Assembly (NCBI GenBank): GCA_963725235.1
Contig: CAVRXN010000003.1
Location: 75,204 to 139,203 of the forward strand
Source of the DNA: an uncultured bacterium
GTDB taxonomy: Bacteria; Patescibacteriota; Minisyncoccia; UBA6257; 2-01-FULL-56-20
Length of the DNA: 64,000 nucleotides
Direction: 5' to 3'
The notes under the pieces are model-generated. The model searched no databases and had not been told where the DNA came from. It saw only the letters and a program-made list of their open reading frames with translations. A program made the position numbers and the translations under genes. Shown in pieces: positions 46,387-54,729 of the stretch. Within the stretch, counting starts at the first letter, position 1. Every line of letters begins with the position of its first letter.

Positions 46387-46674
46387 ATGGCAGAAGAAAA
46401 AAAGAATGGGAACGGAAAAATGATGGGCGGCGGTATGACGTGCGGCTGCGGATGCAGCGGCTTCGGACACCACTGGACGTTCTTCCTCCTCCGCACGCTG
46501 ATCACGATCATCATTTTAATGATGGTATTTTGGTTCGGCGTCGTCGCAGGAAGATTGGGCAGCGTGCGCGGCGGCTACATGGTTCGCTACGGCTACGCGA
46601 CTCCGGCAGGCGCAGGCGGCATGGGGATGCCGATGATTCCCGCATCGTCGACATCAGGCACAGCCGGTTACTAA
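46387..46674 (+). CDS. small Gly/Met/Cys-rich membrane protein (95 aa)
   Basis: Start chosen at MAEEKKNG. Contains a CGCGCSGFGHH motif and one TM helix. Confidence 0.45.
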   Translation: MAEEKKNGNGKMMGGGMTCGCGCSGFGHHWTFFLLRTLITIIILMMVFWFGVVAGRLGSVRGGYMVRYGYATPAGAGGMGMPMIPASSTSGTAGY

Positions 46675-46697
46675 TCGGCGCGGCAATTTTGCAAAAC

Positions 46698-46728
46698 AAA
46701 AATCCACTCAACGCGAGTGGATTTTTGT
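46698..46728. terminator. bidirectional terminator
   Basis: AAAAATCCACTC-AACGC-GAGTGGATTTTT. Confidence 0.75.
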
Positions 46729-46752
46729 TTGTTCACAAACTTCACGGCGCAG

Positions 46753-47086
46753 AGCCGATGGCCGGAATTGAACCGGCGACCTACTCCTTCATTTGCACCT
46801 CAATTTCGATCGGCACGCGCCGCACGCAGCGCCGCCAAAACTTATATGAGGATTAGACTGTATCTTACGCATGCCGCGAAATCGCTTTCGCGTTTCGCAG
46901 GTTAGCGCCCCTTGTCAGTCGTTCGGGCAAACGCAAGCTCAGAACGAGCTCCGCCGCCACGGTCTTAACCTCGCCAAACCACCAACAAGGTCTTTAACCG
47001 TAATTCAGGTTTCATCACACCGTTTCCGGCGCAACAGGCAATTATGAATCACCATGGAGTTGCTCTACCAGCTGAGCTACATCGGC
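46753..47086 (-). tRNA. tRNA-Thr (anticodon GGU) interrupted by a group I intron
   Basis: Exon 1 is 47086-47051 (GCCGATGTAGCTCAGCTGGTAGAGCAACTCCATGGT). Exon 2 is 46789-46753 (AAGGAGTAGGTCGCCGGTTCAATTCCGGCCATCGGCT). Joined, they give a 73-nt cloverleaf with loop ATGGTAA. Confidence 0.8.
46790..47050 (-). ncRNA. group I intron (261 nt, no ORF)
   Basis: P1 is GGT|GA-TTCATAA-TTGCC with U-G at the splice site. P7 pairing GACTG...CAGTC, with the conserved GTAAGATACAGTC element. The 3'-terminal base is G (...GCAAATG). Confidence 0.75.
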
Positions 47087-47128
47087 AACCCTAGAAGAAT
47101 ATGCCAATTGGAAGAATTATTCAACTTG

Positions 47129-47200
47129 AGCCGGAGAGAGGAATCGGACCTCCACTCTTTCGCTTACAAAGCGATTGCTTTACCATTAAGCTACTCCGGC
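47129..47200 (-). tRNA. tRNA-Thr (anticodon UGU)
   Basis: Reverse complement is GCCGGAGTAGCTTAATGGTAAAGCAATCGCTTTGTAAGCGAAAGAGTGGAGGTCCGATTCCTCTCTCCGGCT. Anticodon loop TTTGTAA. Confidence 0.88.
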
Positions 47201-47233
47201 AAATACTCGCCTCTTATTAATACTCGAAATCGG

Positions 47234-48025
47234 CTACACAGTCAAAACCCGCGACCCCTCCGCCGTAATCGCAACCGTATGCTCGAAATGCGCGGCGACC
47301 GAGCCGTCGCGCGACGCATAGCTGTCATCGCGCCGGACGACCGTCGCACCGCCGTTCTTCGCAGAAGACGCGATGACCATTGGCTCGATCGCAATCGTCA
47401 TCCCCTCCTCGAGCGGCTCGCCCGTGCCGCGTTTACCGAAATTAAAAACCGCCGGGTCTTCGTGGAGCTCTCGACCAACGCCATGTCCGATCAATCCTTC
47501 AGCGACAGAAAATTTTGCGCGGCGGACGACCGCTTCAATCGCGGCACCGATATCGCCAATCGTATTGCCAACCTGCGCTTCTGCGATGCCGGCAGCGAGA
47601 GCTTCCTGCGTTGCTGCGATAAGTTTTTTCGCTTCGCGGCTCTCCTTCGAATCGCCGCCGCGACCACTGCCGACCAAAACCGTAACCGCCGAATCCAAAT
47701 ACAATCCTTTATAGATGAGTCCGAGATCAAGTTTTATTAAATCGCCATTAACCAGCGCGTAATCCGACGGCTGGCCGTGGACAACAACCTCGTTCAACGA
47801 GGTACATAATGTATACGGATATTCGCGCTTCGCACCGGCCGGGAAATAATGCAAAAACGCCGGCTTCGCGCCAAGCTTATGGATCATCTGATACGCAATA
47901 CGATCGAGATGTTTCGTCGTCACGCCGACCGCAACCTCACGCTCAAGCGCACGCAAAACTTCAGCCAAGCGCTTGCCGCCCTCCGCCATAACTTCTATCT
48001 CAGCCGGTGTTTTTATTGTAACCAT
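47234..48025 (-). CDS. map: type I methionine aminopeptidase
   Basis: 263 aa: VVHGQPS, DLGLIYKGLYLDSA, GHGVGRELHEDP, IAIEPM, HFEHTV. Confidence 0.93.
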   Translation of the reverse strand: MVTIKTPAEIEVMAEGGKRLAEVLRALEREVAVGVTTKHLDRIAYQMIHKLGAKPAFLHYFPAGAKREYPYTLCTSLNEVVVHGQPSDYALVNGDLIKLDLGLIYKGLYLDSAVTVLVGSGRGGDSKESREAKKLIAATQEALAAGIAEAQVGNTIGDIGAAIEAVVRRAKFSVAEGLIGHGVGRELHEDPAVFNFGKRGTGEPLEEGMTIAIEPMVIASSAKNGGATVVRRDDSYASRDGSVAAHFEHTVAITAEGSRVLTV

Positions 48026-48573
48026 GCCTGATATCTATTAATCACCATCTCGATAACCTGTTGCAAATTATGCACCCCGGTATCGATAACGAGATCATAA
48101 TTTTTTACATCCGTGAAATCAATATGATATAAATCGCTGAACCGTTTTTTCTCACTTTCAATCCTCTGGAGAGTATTCTCGAGTAATTGGCCGGGCGATG
48201 AAGCAACCTGGCTCACGCGTTTGCCCTCTTGAATTTGCGCGAACATCCGCTGCGCGGCAATAGATGGGTCAAGCGAAAGAAAAACCTTAAACGAGTCCAG
48301 CATCCAATGGAAAGCAGTCCGCGAATCAACGACGAAATTATCGTTGTCTTTGCCGAGATGAATCAGAAAATCATCAACACCGCGATCAATCTCTTGCTGC
48401 CCCTCGGCCACCGCATTCATTTTCTCGATCGAAATACCCCGTTCTGCAGCCATCTTCCGAAACAGGTCGCCGGAAGAAAAATGTTCGTATCCAAGCTCGC
48501 GAGCGATGCCTGTCGCAGCACTCGATTTTCCACTTCCCGGAACACCTGCAATGGTAATGATGTGTTTTTTCAT
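48013..48573 (-). CDS. P-loop nucleoside-monophosphate kinase-like protein (cytidylate-kinase-like)
   Basis: 186 aa. Walker A IAGVPGSGKSS. Overlaps the adk stop and the map start. Confidence 0.65.
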   Translation of the reverse strand: MKKHIITIAGVPGSGKSSAATGIARELGYEHFSSGDLFRKMAAERGISIEKMNAVAEGQQEIDRGVDDFLIHLGKDNDNFVVDSRTAFHWMLDSFKVFLSLDPSIAAQRMFAQIQEGKRVSQVASSPGQLLENTLQRIESEKKRFSDLYHIDFTDVKNYDLVIDTGVHNLQQVIEMVINRYQAWLQ

Positions 48574-49139
48574 GCCCCGAGCGCTGCATCAACTGCTTTC
48601 TCAACCTCATCCGGCGTAGACCGCCCATCGATCTCGATAAATTTCGTCTGCTCTTTCAAATATTCAATCACCGCCGGCATCGTCTCGTCGTAATATTCAA
48701 ACCGCCGCTGGATCGCAACGGTTGTATCATCGAGGCGCTGCTCGTTCTGCGCACGCAAAGCCAACCGCTTAACAGAATCCTCGCGCGGCAAGTTAATAAA
48801 TACGGTCGCCATCGCACCATACCCGCGACCAAGCAAAAACGGAACGAGAAACTCTGCCTGCCCAATCCGGCGCGGCACGCCATCAAACACAATACCCTTA
48901 CTCGTCGGCACGCTCGCCAGCCGCGCTTTTAATATTTCTATAATAACTTCGTCGGGCAACAACGTCCCATCATTTAGCAACTTGATCTTCTGGGCAAACT
49001 GGACATCCGACGCCTGAATCTGCCGCAAAATGGCGCCCATCCCGAAAAACAAAAAACCCAGCTTGTCCGCCAGTTTCTTGCCCTGCGTGCCCTTGCCCGA
49101 TCCCTGCGGCCCGGCAATGAAGATAATTTGGAAGTCCAT
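48570..49139 (-). CDS. adk: adenylate kinase
   Basis: 189 aa: IAGPQGSGKGTQ...GAILR...FDGVPRRIGQAE. Confidence 0.9.
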   Translation of the reverse strand: MDFQIIFIAGPQGSGKGTQGKKLADKLGFLFFGMGAILRQIQASDVQFAQKIKLLNDGTLLPDEVIIEILKARLASVPTSKGIVFDGVPRRIGQAEFLVPFLLGRGYGAMATVFINLPREDSVKRLALRAQNEQRLDDTTVAIQRRFEYYDETMPAVIEYLKEQTKFIEIDGRSTPDEVEKAVDAALGA

Positions 49140-49186
49140 CGTGATGGTCGCGATGCTTAGAGTTTAGCAGATTTGGCAGTCAGTGA

Positions 49187-50458
49187 CTACTCTATCCCCT
49201 CATACTCGCGAACCGTCAGCTGCGAATCAATCTGGCGCATTGTTTCCAAAGCCACTGCGACAACAATCAAAACCGCCGTGCCGGAAATCGTAACGACCGC
49301 GATGCCGGTCAGGCGCTGGACGATGATCGGCAAGATGGCGATGAAGCCAAGGAAGGCAGCGCCCCAGAATGTAATGCGGGTCACGATCGAACCAAAATAT
49401 TTTTCGGTGTTTTCACCCGGACGAATACCCGGCACGAATCCACCGCTCCGCTGGAGATTCTTCGCGATTTCCTCGGGGTTGAATGTAATCGCCGTATAGA
49501 AATACGTAAACATAAACACGAGCAGGAAGTAGACAACGCCGTACAACAACTGGTTATTAATGAAATCATTTGCCCAGTTGCTAACCGTAACGCCCCAATG
49601 CGCCGAGAAGATCGCGATGATTTGCGCGGCGAACTGCGGGAAAAGCAAAACTGAAATCGCAAAAATCAACGGGATCATGCCCGCCTGGTTAACCTTCAAC
49701 GGCAAGTAGCTCGACGAGCCGCCGTACATTTTATTCCCGCGAACGCGGCGCGCGTACGCCACCGGAATTTTCCGTTCGCCTTCATTGAGATACACGATAC
49801 CGGCGATGAGCGCGATGCCGATTGCCGTGAAACCGATATAGGCACCGGCGAGTTGCGGTGTGAATGATGCGACGGCGACGCCGAACGCCGACGGCAAGCG
49901 CGTGATGATACCAGCCAAAATAATCAAAGAAATACCGTTGCCGATTTTTTGTTCGGTAATAAGTTCACCAAGCCACATCGCGATCATCGAACCGCACGCA
50001 ATGACAATAACGTTCCGCGCGAAGTCGAATGGGTCGGGCCGCGCGAGAACGCCCTGGGAAATCAACAGTGTCAAAAAGCCGTACGCCTGCACGAGCGCGA
50101 ACGGAACCGTCAGCATGCGCGCGTACTGGTTGAACTTCGCCTGGCCGCGTGCGCCCTCTTCGTAATACATCTCCTTCATGCTCGGGAAGATGATTGTCAA
50201 AAGCTGCATGACGATCGTCGAGGTAATGTACGGACCGACGCCAAGCATGACGATCGAAAGCGTCGACAAGCCGCCGCCGGAGAAAAAGTTCAAAAAGCCC
50301 AGCAGCTGGTTCGAGTTAAAATAGTTCGCGAGCGTCGCCGCATTCACGTTCGGGATCGGGATCGCCGCAAGCACGCGATACGCCACGAGCAAGCCCGCAA
50401 CGATGAGCACCTTGTTGCGGAGTTCGGGAACCTTGAAGATTTGGGTGAAGCGGTTCAT
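49187..50458 (-). CDS. secY: preprotein translocase subunit SecY
   Basis: 423 aa, 10 TM helices, typical SecY sequence (GVGPYITSTIVMQLL, GGFVPGIRPGENT). Confidence 0.95.
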   Translation of the reverse strand: MNRFTQIFKVPELRNKVLIVAGLLVAYRVLAAIPIPNVNAATLANYFNSNQLLGFLNFFSGGGLSTLSIVMLGVGPYITSTIVMQLLTIIFPSMKEMYYEEGARGQAKFNQYARMLTVPFALVQAYGFLTLLISQGVLARPDPFDFARNVIVIACGSMIAMWLGELITEQKIGNGISLIILAGIITRLPSAFGVAVASFTPQLAGAYIGFTAIGIALIAGIVYLNEGERKIPVAYARRVRGNKMYGGSSSYLPLKVNQAGMIPLIFAISVLLFPQFAAQIIAIFSAHWGVTVSNWANDFINNQLLYGVVYFLLVFMFTYFYTAITFNPEEIAKNLQRSGGFVPGIRPGENTEKYFGSIVTRITFWGAAFLGFIAILPIIVQRLTGIAVVTISGTAVLIVVAVALETMRQIDSQLTVREYEGIE

Positions 50459-50605
50459 TTCAGCTATACCGTGAATATTGACTTATTGTACAGGAAAAGC
50501 GGGAAAATGCAATGAAAATAAATGTTATTGACAATATATATTTATATTGCTATAATTTCCTCAGTTAATAACTGTAGTCATTTCCAACCAAAAAAGGAGT
50601 AGCTC

Positions 50606-51007
50606 ATGAATCAAGAGCATGTTCATAATTTAGGATCAGCAATCGCCGAGGACTATTGCATCAGCTTCCTAGGTTCATCTGACGGCAGCTTGACGCTTGA
50701 AGCGGATATACCATATCCGTGGCTAAGTCTCTACCCTAACGACCTCGAGAAATATCCAGAAAGGTTTTTGGTCCTTCTCGCACATATTGGTGAGTGGAAC
50801 AACAAGAATCTTGGGGCGCAATGGATTATTCGACCGATGGCCGCACCGAACACGTCAGAATTCTCTACCTACTATATCCTTGAACCCCGGATGAGGAATC
50901 TGGATCGGAACGAGGCGACATTGGCACTGTTGCTTTCTCACGTAGACGCGCTGGCTGAACACCTAAGGAAAGCGAGTTCAAGGCGAATCGCGGTCCGAAA
51001 TTTGTAA
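50606..51007 (+). CDS. hypothetical protein (133 aa) inserted between secY and rplO
   Basis: TTGACA, 17 nt, TATAAT promoter and AAAGGAG RBS upstream, with a terminator downstream. No family recognised. Confidence 0.55.
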   Translation: MNQEHVHNLGSAIAEDYCISFLGSSDGSLTLEADIPYPWLSLYPNDLEKYPERFLVLLAHIGEWNNKNLGAQWIIRPMAAPNTSEFSTYYILEPRMRNLDRNEATLALLLSHVDALAEHLRKASSRRIAVRNL

Positions 51008-51014
51008 AGCACTT

Positions 51015-51054
51015 CAAAAAACAGACAGCCGGCCAGCAATGGTCGGCTTTTTAT
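51015..51054. terminator. bidirectional terminator (orphan gene / rplO)
   Basis: AGCCGGCC-AGCAAT-GGTCGGCT flanked by A- and T-runs. Confidence 0.65.
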
Positions 51055-51468
51055 TTATTTCCCCTCCACTGCCTTCGAGGACTTCACCCCTTTCATCGTC
51101 ACAGGATATGCAAACTTTCCACCGCCCGCCAAAATCTTCACCTCGCCCTTAAAATTCTTGCTCAGCAAACCAGCCGTTTTCAACAACGCGACATCAATCT
51201 CCAATGGCGCACCGGCTTTAACATACGACTTCAATTTTTCCGATAAAATGCCGGCGTTAAACACCTTGACCGTATCGGTCTTCGGCTTGTTGCGATAACC
51301 ACGCAGCTTCGGAATGCGCATGATGAGATCGCGCTCAGCCGGACGGATGCGGTGACCGGAGCGCGAGCGCTGTCCTTTCGTACCGCGACCGGCCGTCGTA
51401 CCGCGCTTGCCGCCGCGGCCGATCTGCTGCTTTCGCTTATGACTCTTTGTTAGCGTATGTAATTTCAT
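51055..51468 (-). CDS. rplO: 50S ribosomal protein L15
   Basis: 137 aa: GRGGKRGTTAGRGTKGQRSRSG. Confidence 0.93.
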   Translation of the reverse strand: MKLHTLTKSHKRKQQIGRGGKRGTTAGRGTKGQRSRSGHRIRPAERDLIMRIPKLRGYRNKPKTDTVKVFNAGILSEKLKSYVKAGAPLEIDVALLKTAGLLSKNFKGEVKILAGGGKFAYPVTMKGVKSSKAVEGK

Positions 51469-51980
51469 GATGTTTTAAGTTTCTTCAGCGCCTCGATTGT
51501 CGCCATCGCGTTCGTCAGCTTGTTCGGCGTACGGCCAAGCACTTTCGACGTCGCATCCTTAATTCCAGCAAATGACAGAACAAACCGAACAGCGCCACCG
51601 GCGCGCAAGCCGTGACCAGCACTCGCCGGCTTCAGCAACACTTTCGCAGCGCTATACTTTGCCGTCACCTCGTGCGGGATCGTGCGCTGATCCTTCAACT
51701 GCACCATGATAATATTCTTCTTCGCATCGGCCTTCGCCTTCGCAATAGCCTGCTGGACGTCGACGCCTTTCGCGACGCCAATACCAACGCGCCCCTTCTC
51801 ATCGCCGAGCACGATCGTGCAGCGGAAACGGAAGCGCTTACCGCCTGCGACGACGCGCGTAACACGGCGCATATCAAGCACCTTCTCTTTGAACTCTTCG
51901 CGGACAACCGGCCGATTGCTCGGTCCGCGGCGCGGTCCTCGATTATTTCCTCCACCTCCTCCTCGTTGCGGCATTGGCAT
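51465..51980 (-). CDS. rpsE: 30S ribosomal protein S5
   Basis: VTRVVAGGKRFRFRCTIVLGDEKGRVGIGVAKGVDVQQAI. Start is ambiguous (51974-52001). Its stop overlaps the rplO start, so there is no L30 gene between them. Confidence 0.92.
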   Translation of the reverse strand: MPMPQRGGGGGNNRGPRRGPSNRPVVREEFKEKVLDMRRVTRVVAGGKRFRFRCTIVLGDEKGRVGIGVAKGVDVQQAIAKAKADAKKNIIMVQLKDQRTIPHEVTAKYSAAKVLLKPASAGHGLRAGGAVRFVLSFAGIKDATSKVLGRTPNKLTNAMATIEALKKLKTS

Positions 51981-52025
51981 AACTACAGGATTGTAGAGCA
52001 AACGGGGGTGGAAGTCAAACGAAAT

Positions 52026-52056
52026 TTGACAAGAAAAAATAGGAGGACTAGTATAA
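52026..52056 (+). promoter_or_regulatory. sigma70-like promoter of candidate sRNA A
   Basis: TTGACA (52026-31), 17 nt, TAGTAT (overlapping TATAAA). Confidence 0.5.
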
Positions 52057-52058
52057 AG

Positions 52059-52136
52059 CTATGCCTGTGGGGCGAAAGCCCTCAACCGGACCACTGGTAG
52101 CAGGCATAATAAAGAATCGCCGAATGGCGGTTTTTT
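52059..52136 (+). ncRNA. candidate small structured RNA A (three-way junction plus terminator), antisense within the spc operon
   Basis: P1 is ATGCCTG/CAGGCAT (52061-67 / 52101-07). Hairpin GGGC-GAAA-GCCC. Hairpin ACCGG-ACCA-CTGGT. Terminator AATCGCC-GAAT-GGCGGTT followed by T6. Confidence 0.5.
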
Positions 52137-52280
52137 AATTGAAAACAATATAGTCCTTAATGTCTGGAGACCAAATTCGACCGATACTTTGATAATATTT
52201 TTTAGCTTCGACAATGGGATTTTGCATCCAACCATCGTACCAAAAACACCATTAAAAAATTCTAAAGATTGAGGAATTAC

Positions 52281-52655
52281 CTATATTTTCAGTCCTCCTT
52301 TTTTGGCGCCCTCAGCAAATTGCTTGACGCGACCATGAAACTGGTATGAACGGCGATCGAACACAACTTGCACGATGCCCTTCTCGATGGCTTTCTTCGC
52401 AATCGCTTCGCCAAGCGCAAACGCCTGGTCGCTCTTTTTGCCGATAACTTTTACGGCAGCGCCCTTCTTCGCGCCTCCGGCATTCGTCACCGAAAACAAG
52501 GTCTGCGCTTTCACATCATCAATCAACTGCGCGGAAATGTAGCGGTTCGAGCGATTGACAACGAGGCGCGGACGAACGGCGGTGCCTTTAATAAGCGCCT
52601 GAACGCGACCGATCCGCTGCTTCTTGCTGCGATTTAATTTTTTGCGCTGGTTCAT
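52281..52655 (-). CDS. rplR: 50S ribosomal protein L18
   Basis: 124 aa: RPRLVVNRSNRYISAQLIDD...FDRRSYQFHGRVKQFAEGA. Confidence 0.93.
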   Translation of the reverse strand: MNQRKKLNRSKKQRIGRVQALIKGTAVRPRLVVNRSNRYISAQLIDDVKAQTLFSVTNAGGAKKGAAVKVIGKKSDQAFALGEAIAKKAIEKGIVQVVFDRRSYQFHGRVKQFAEGAKKGGLKI

Positions 52656-52660
52656 AATGA

Positions 52661-53212
52661 TTATGCCGTCGTTCCCGCTTTCTTACCGACCTTGCGGCGA
52701 ATGACTTCACCCTGATAATGGATGCCCTTGCCCTTATACGGCTCCGGCTTCTTCAACGCACGGATCTCCGCAGCGGCCTGTCCGACAAGCTCCTTGTTGA
52801 TCCCCGTAACTTTTATCGTGTTTTTCTCGACAGTAACCGCAACGCCTTCGAGAATTGGCATACGAACCGGTAAAGCATAGCCTAGGTGCAAAACAATGTC
52901 CTTGCCTTCGATCGCCGCGCGATAACCAACGCCTTCGATCTCGAGAATTTTCGTGTAACCGTTACTGACACCTTCAACCGAATTTCGGATCAACGCCCAG
53001 GTCGTACCGAGCAGTGCCGCAACGTTCGGCGTGTTCTCGCCGCCTTCAACCATCTTCACCCAAATCTCTTTGCCCTCGACGACAACCGCAACGCCGTTCG
53101 GAATGCGAACGCTCAATTCACCTTTCACGCCTTTCGCCGTCGCAAAATCACCGGCCACGGCGACCGTGACATTCTCTGGGATTGCGATAGATTTTTTGAT
53201 TAAGCGCGACAT
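52661..53212 (-). CDS. rplF: 50S ribosomal protein L6
   Basis: 183 aa: MSRLIKKSIAIPENVTV...EPYKGKGIHYQGE. Confidence 0.95.
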   Translation of the reverse strand: MSRLIKKSIAIPENVTVAVAGDFATAKGVKGELSVRIPNGVAVVVEGKEIWVKMVEGGENTPNVAALLGTTWALIRNSVEGVSNGYTKILEIEGVGYRAAIEGKDIVLHLGYALPVRMPILEGVAVTVEKNTIKVTGINKELVGQAAAEIRALKKPEPYKGKGIHYQGEVIRRKVGKKAGTTA

Positions 53213-53248
53213 TTGTTTTAATAATTTTTTAATGGAAAATTTTCGTGG

Positions 53249-53620
53249 CTACCAAATTTCAAATAAATATTCTCCGCCCAATTTCTGTTTGCGGGCTTCG
53301 CGATCGGTCATGACGCCCTTTGAAGTCGAAAGGACGCCAACACCATGCCCCTGCATAACTCGCTTCAAGCTGCGATAATCAGCGTAGAAATGGCGGCTCG
53401 GCTTGCTGATCAATTTAAAATCATTGAACGTGCCGCCCTTCGCGAGCCGCACGACCAAAAAATTCTTCTTGCCAACCGTCTCCTTCTCGACGCCCTTGAT
53501 GTAGCCGGCCGTCGCAAGCGACACCAAAACCGCCTGGTCCATTTTCGAAAATGGAACCGTCATCTTGTCTTTCCGCGCGCGCGTCGCATTTTTAATTTGT
53601 GGAAGCAATTGATAATACAT
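53249..53620 (-). CDS. rpsH: 30S ribosomal protein S8
   Basis: Start chosen at MYYQLLPQIKNA. C-terminus GVGVLSTSKGVMTDREARKQKLGGEYLFEIW. Confidence 0.9.
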   Translation of the reverse strand: MYYQLLPQIKNATRARKDKMTVPFSKMDQAVLVSLATAGYIKGVEKETVGKKNFLVVRLAKGGTFNDFKLISKPSRHFYADYRSLKRVMQGHGVGVLSTSKGVMTDREARKQKLGGEYLFEIW

Positions 53621-53627
53621 AAAATTT

Positions 53628-53813
53628 TTACCAGCTCGCTTTTTTAATTCCGGGAATTTGCTGGTTCGTCGCCATCTCGCGGAAGCAAATACGACACAAT
53701 CCGAACTCGCGCATATAGCCGTGCTTACGGCCACAGCGGAAACAGCGCCGGACGATCCGGGTCGAAAATTTCGGCTTCTTTTTGCTTCGTGCGATGACGG
53801 ATTCTTTTGCCAT
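53628..53813 (-). CDS. rpsN: 30S ribosomal protein S14 (type Z, zinc-binding)
   Basis: 61 aa: [23 protein letters not shown]. Confidence 0.93.
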   Translation of the reverse strand: MAKESVIARSKKKPKFSTRIVRRCFRCGRKHGYMREFGLCRICFREMATNQQIPGIKKASW

Positions 53814-53818
53814 GTTGT

Positions 53819-54389
53819 TTATTTCGTGCGCGATCCCGAACGCTTACCTTTTTTCACCAGACCCTTCACGCCGGTTGCCCCTTCTTTCTTCAGCGGCACG
53901 CCGAGCTTGCGAAATTCCTCGAGCGACTTTTCGTGATTCTTTTTGCGAGGAACGACGCTCACACCGATCGAAAATGTGATGGGCGATGCCTCCGGCGAAA
54001 TCTCCGGAAATACGATCTGCTCGCGGACGCCCAAATTCAGGGTTCCGCCATGATCGACGTTCGAAAGTTCGAGACCGTTAAAGTCGCGTACGCGAGGCAA
54101 CACTATTGTAACCAATCTCTCGAAAAAATCAACCATTTTCTCTTTGCGGAGCGTAACGCGCAAACCGACGATCTGTCCTTCGCGAATCTTAAATCCGGCG
54201 ATCGATTTCTTCGCGCGGCGAATCTGCGGCGCCTGACCAGTCATATCCGCAATATCACGCTTCACCTGCACCAACGTTTTGTCCTCGAAATTCGCGGTTT
54301 GCGAAAGCCGCCCGACGCCGGCGTCGATGACGATTTTTTCGAGGAACGCGCGAAGTCTCCTTTCGCTTGTTTTTTTCAGTGGTAGCCAT
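53819..54389 (-). pseudogene. rplE: 50S ribosomal protein L5, frameshift in an A7 run near the start
   Basis: ATG at 54389 (MATTEK). With 6 A instead of 7 A at about 54368-74, the frame reads through to TSERRLRAFLEKIVIDAGVG...VQVKRDIADMTGQ (151-aa ORF). Confidence 0.88.
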
Positions 54390-54391
54390 TA

Positions 54392-54697
54392 TTAGATAGT
54401 TGCTTCACACTTTTTGCAATACCGAACATTCTTCGAACCTTCGACTCGACTACCAACGCGTGTCGGTTGTTTGCAGTTCGGGCAAATCAACATAACTTTC
54501 CCAGCCGGCATCGCGCGCGGAACCAAAACCGTCTGGCCTTTTTCACCCTGCTTCCGCGGCTTCGAGCGCTTCTTGAAAATATTCAATCCCTCGATAACGA
54601 TCTTATCGTCCTCCGGCAACGCACGTAAAATCGTCCCGGTCTTGCCGCGGTCTTTTCCCGATAATATTTTTACGTTGTCGCCTTTGTGGAGTTTCAT
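54392..54697 (-). CDS. rplX: 50S ribosomal protein L24
   Basis: 101 aa: MKLHKGDNVKILSGKDRGKTG. Confidence 0.93.
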   Translation of the reverse strand: MKLHKGDNVKILSGKDRGKTGTILRALPEDDKIVIEGLNIFKKRSKPRKQGEKGQTVLVPRAMPAGKVMLICPNCKQPTRVGSRVEGSKNVRYCKKCEATI

Positions 54698-54729
54698 ATT
54701 TTTTTAATAATTTTCGTCGGACAAAATTT

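Noticed and set aside
52059-52136. Interpretation of sRNA A/B as hammerhead ribozymes or riboswitches
   Set aside because: The three-way junction lacks the CUGAUGA...GAAA catalytic core. Both copies end in their own terminators with no downstream ORF on that strand, so an expression-platform role is unlikely. The class is left unassigned.
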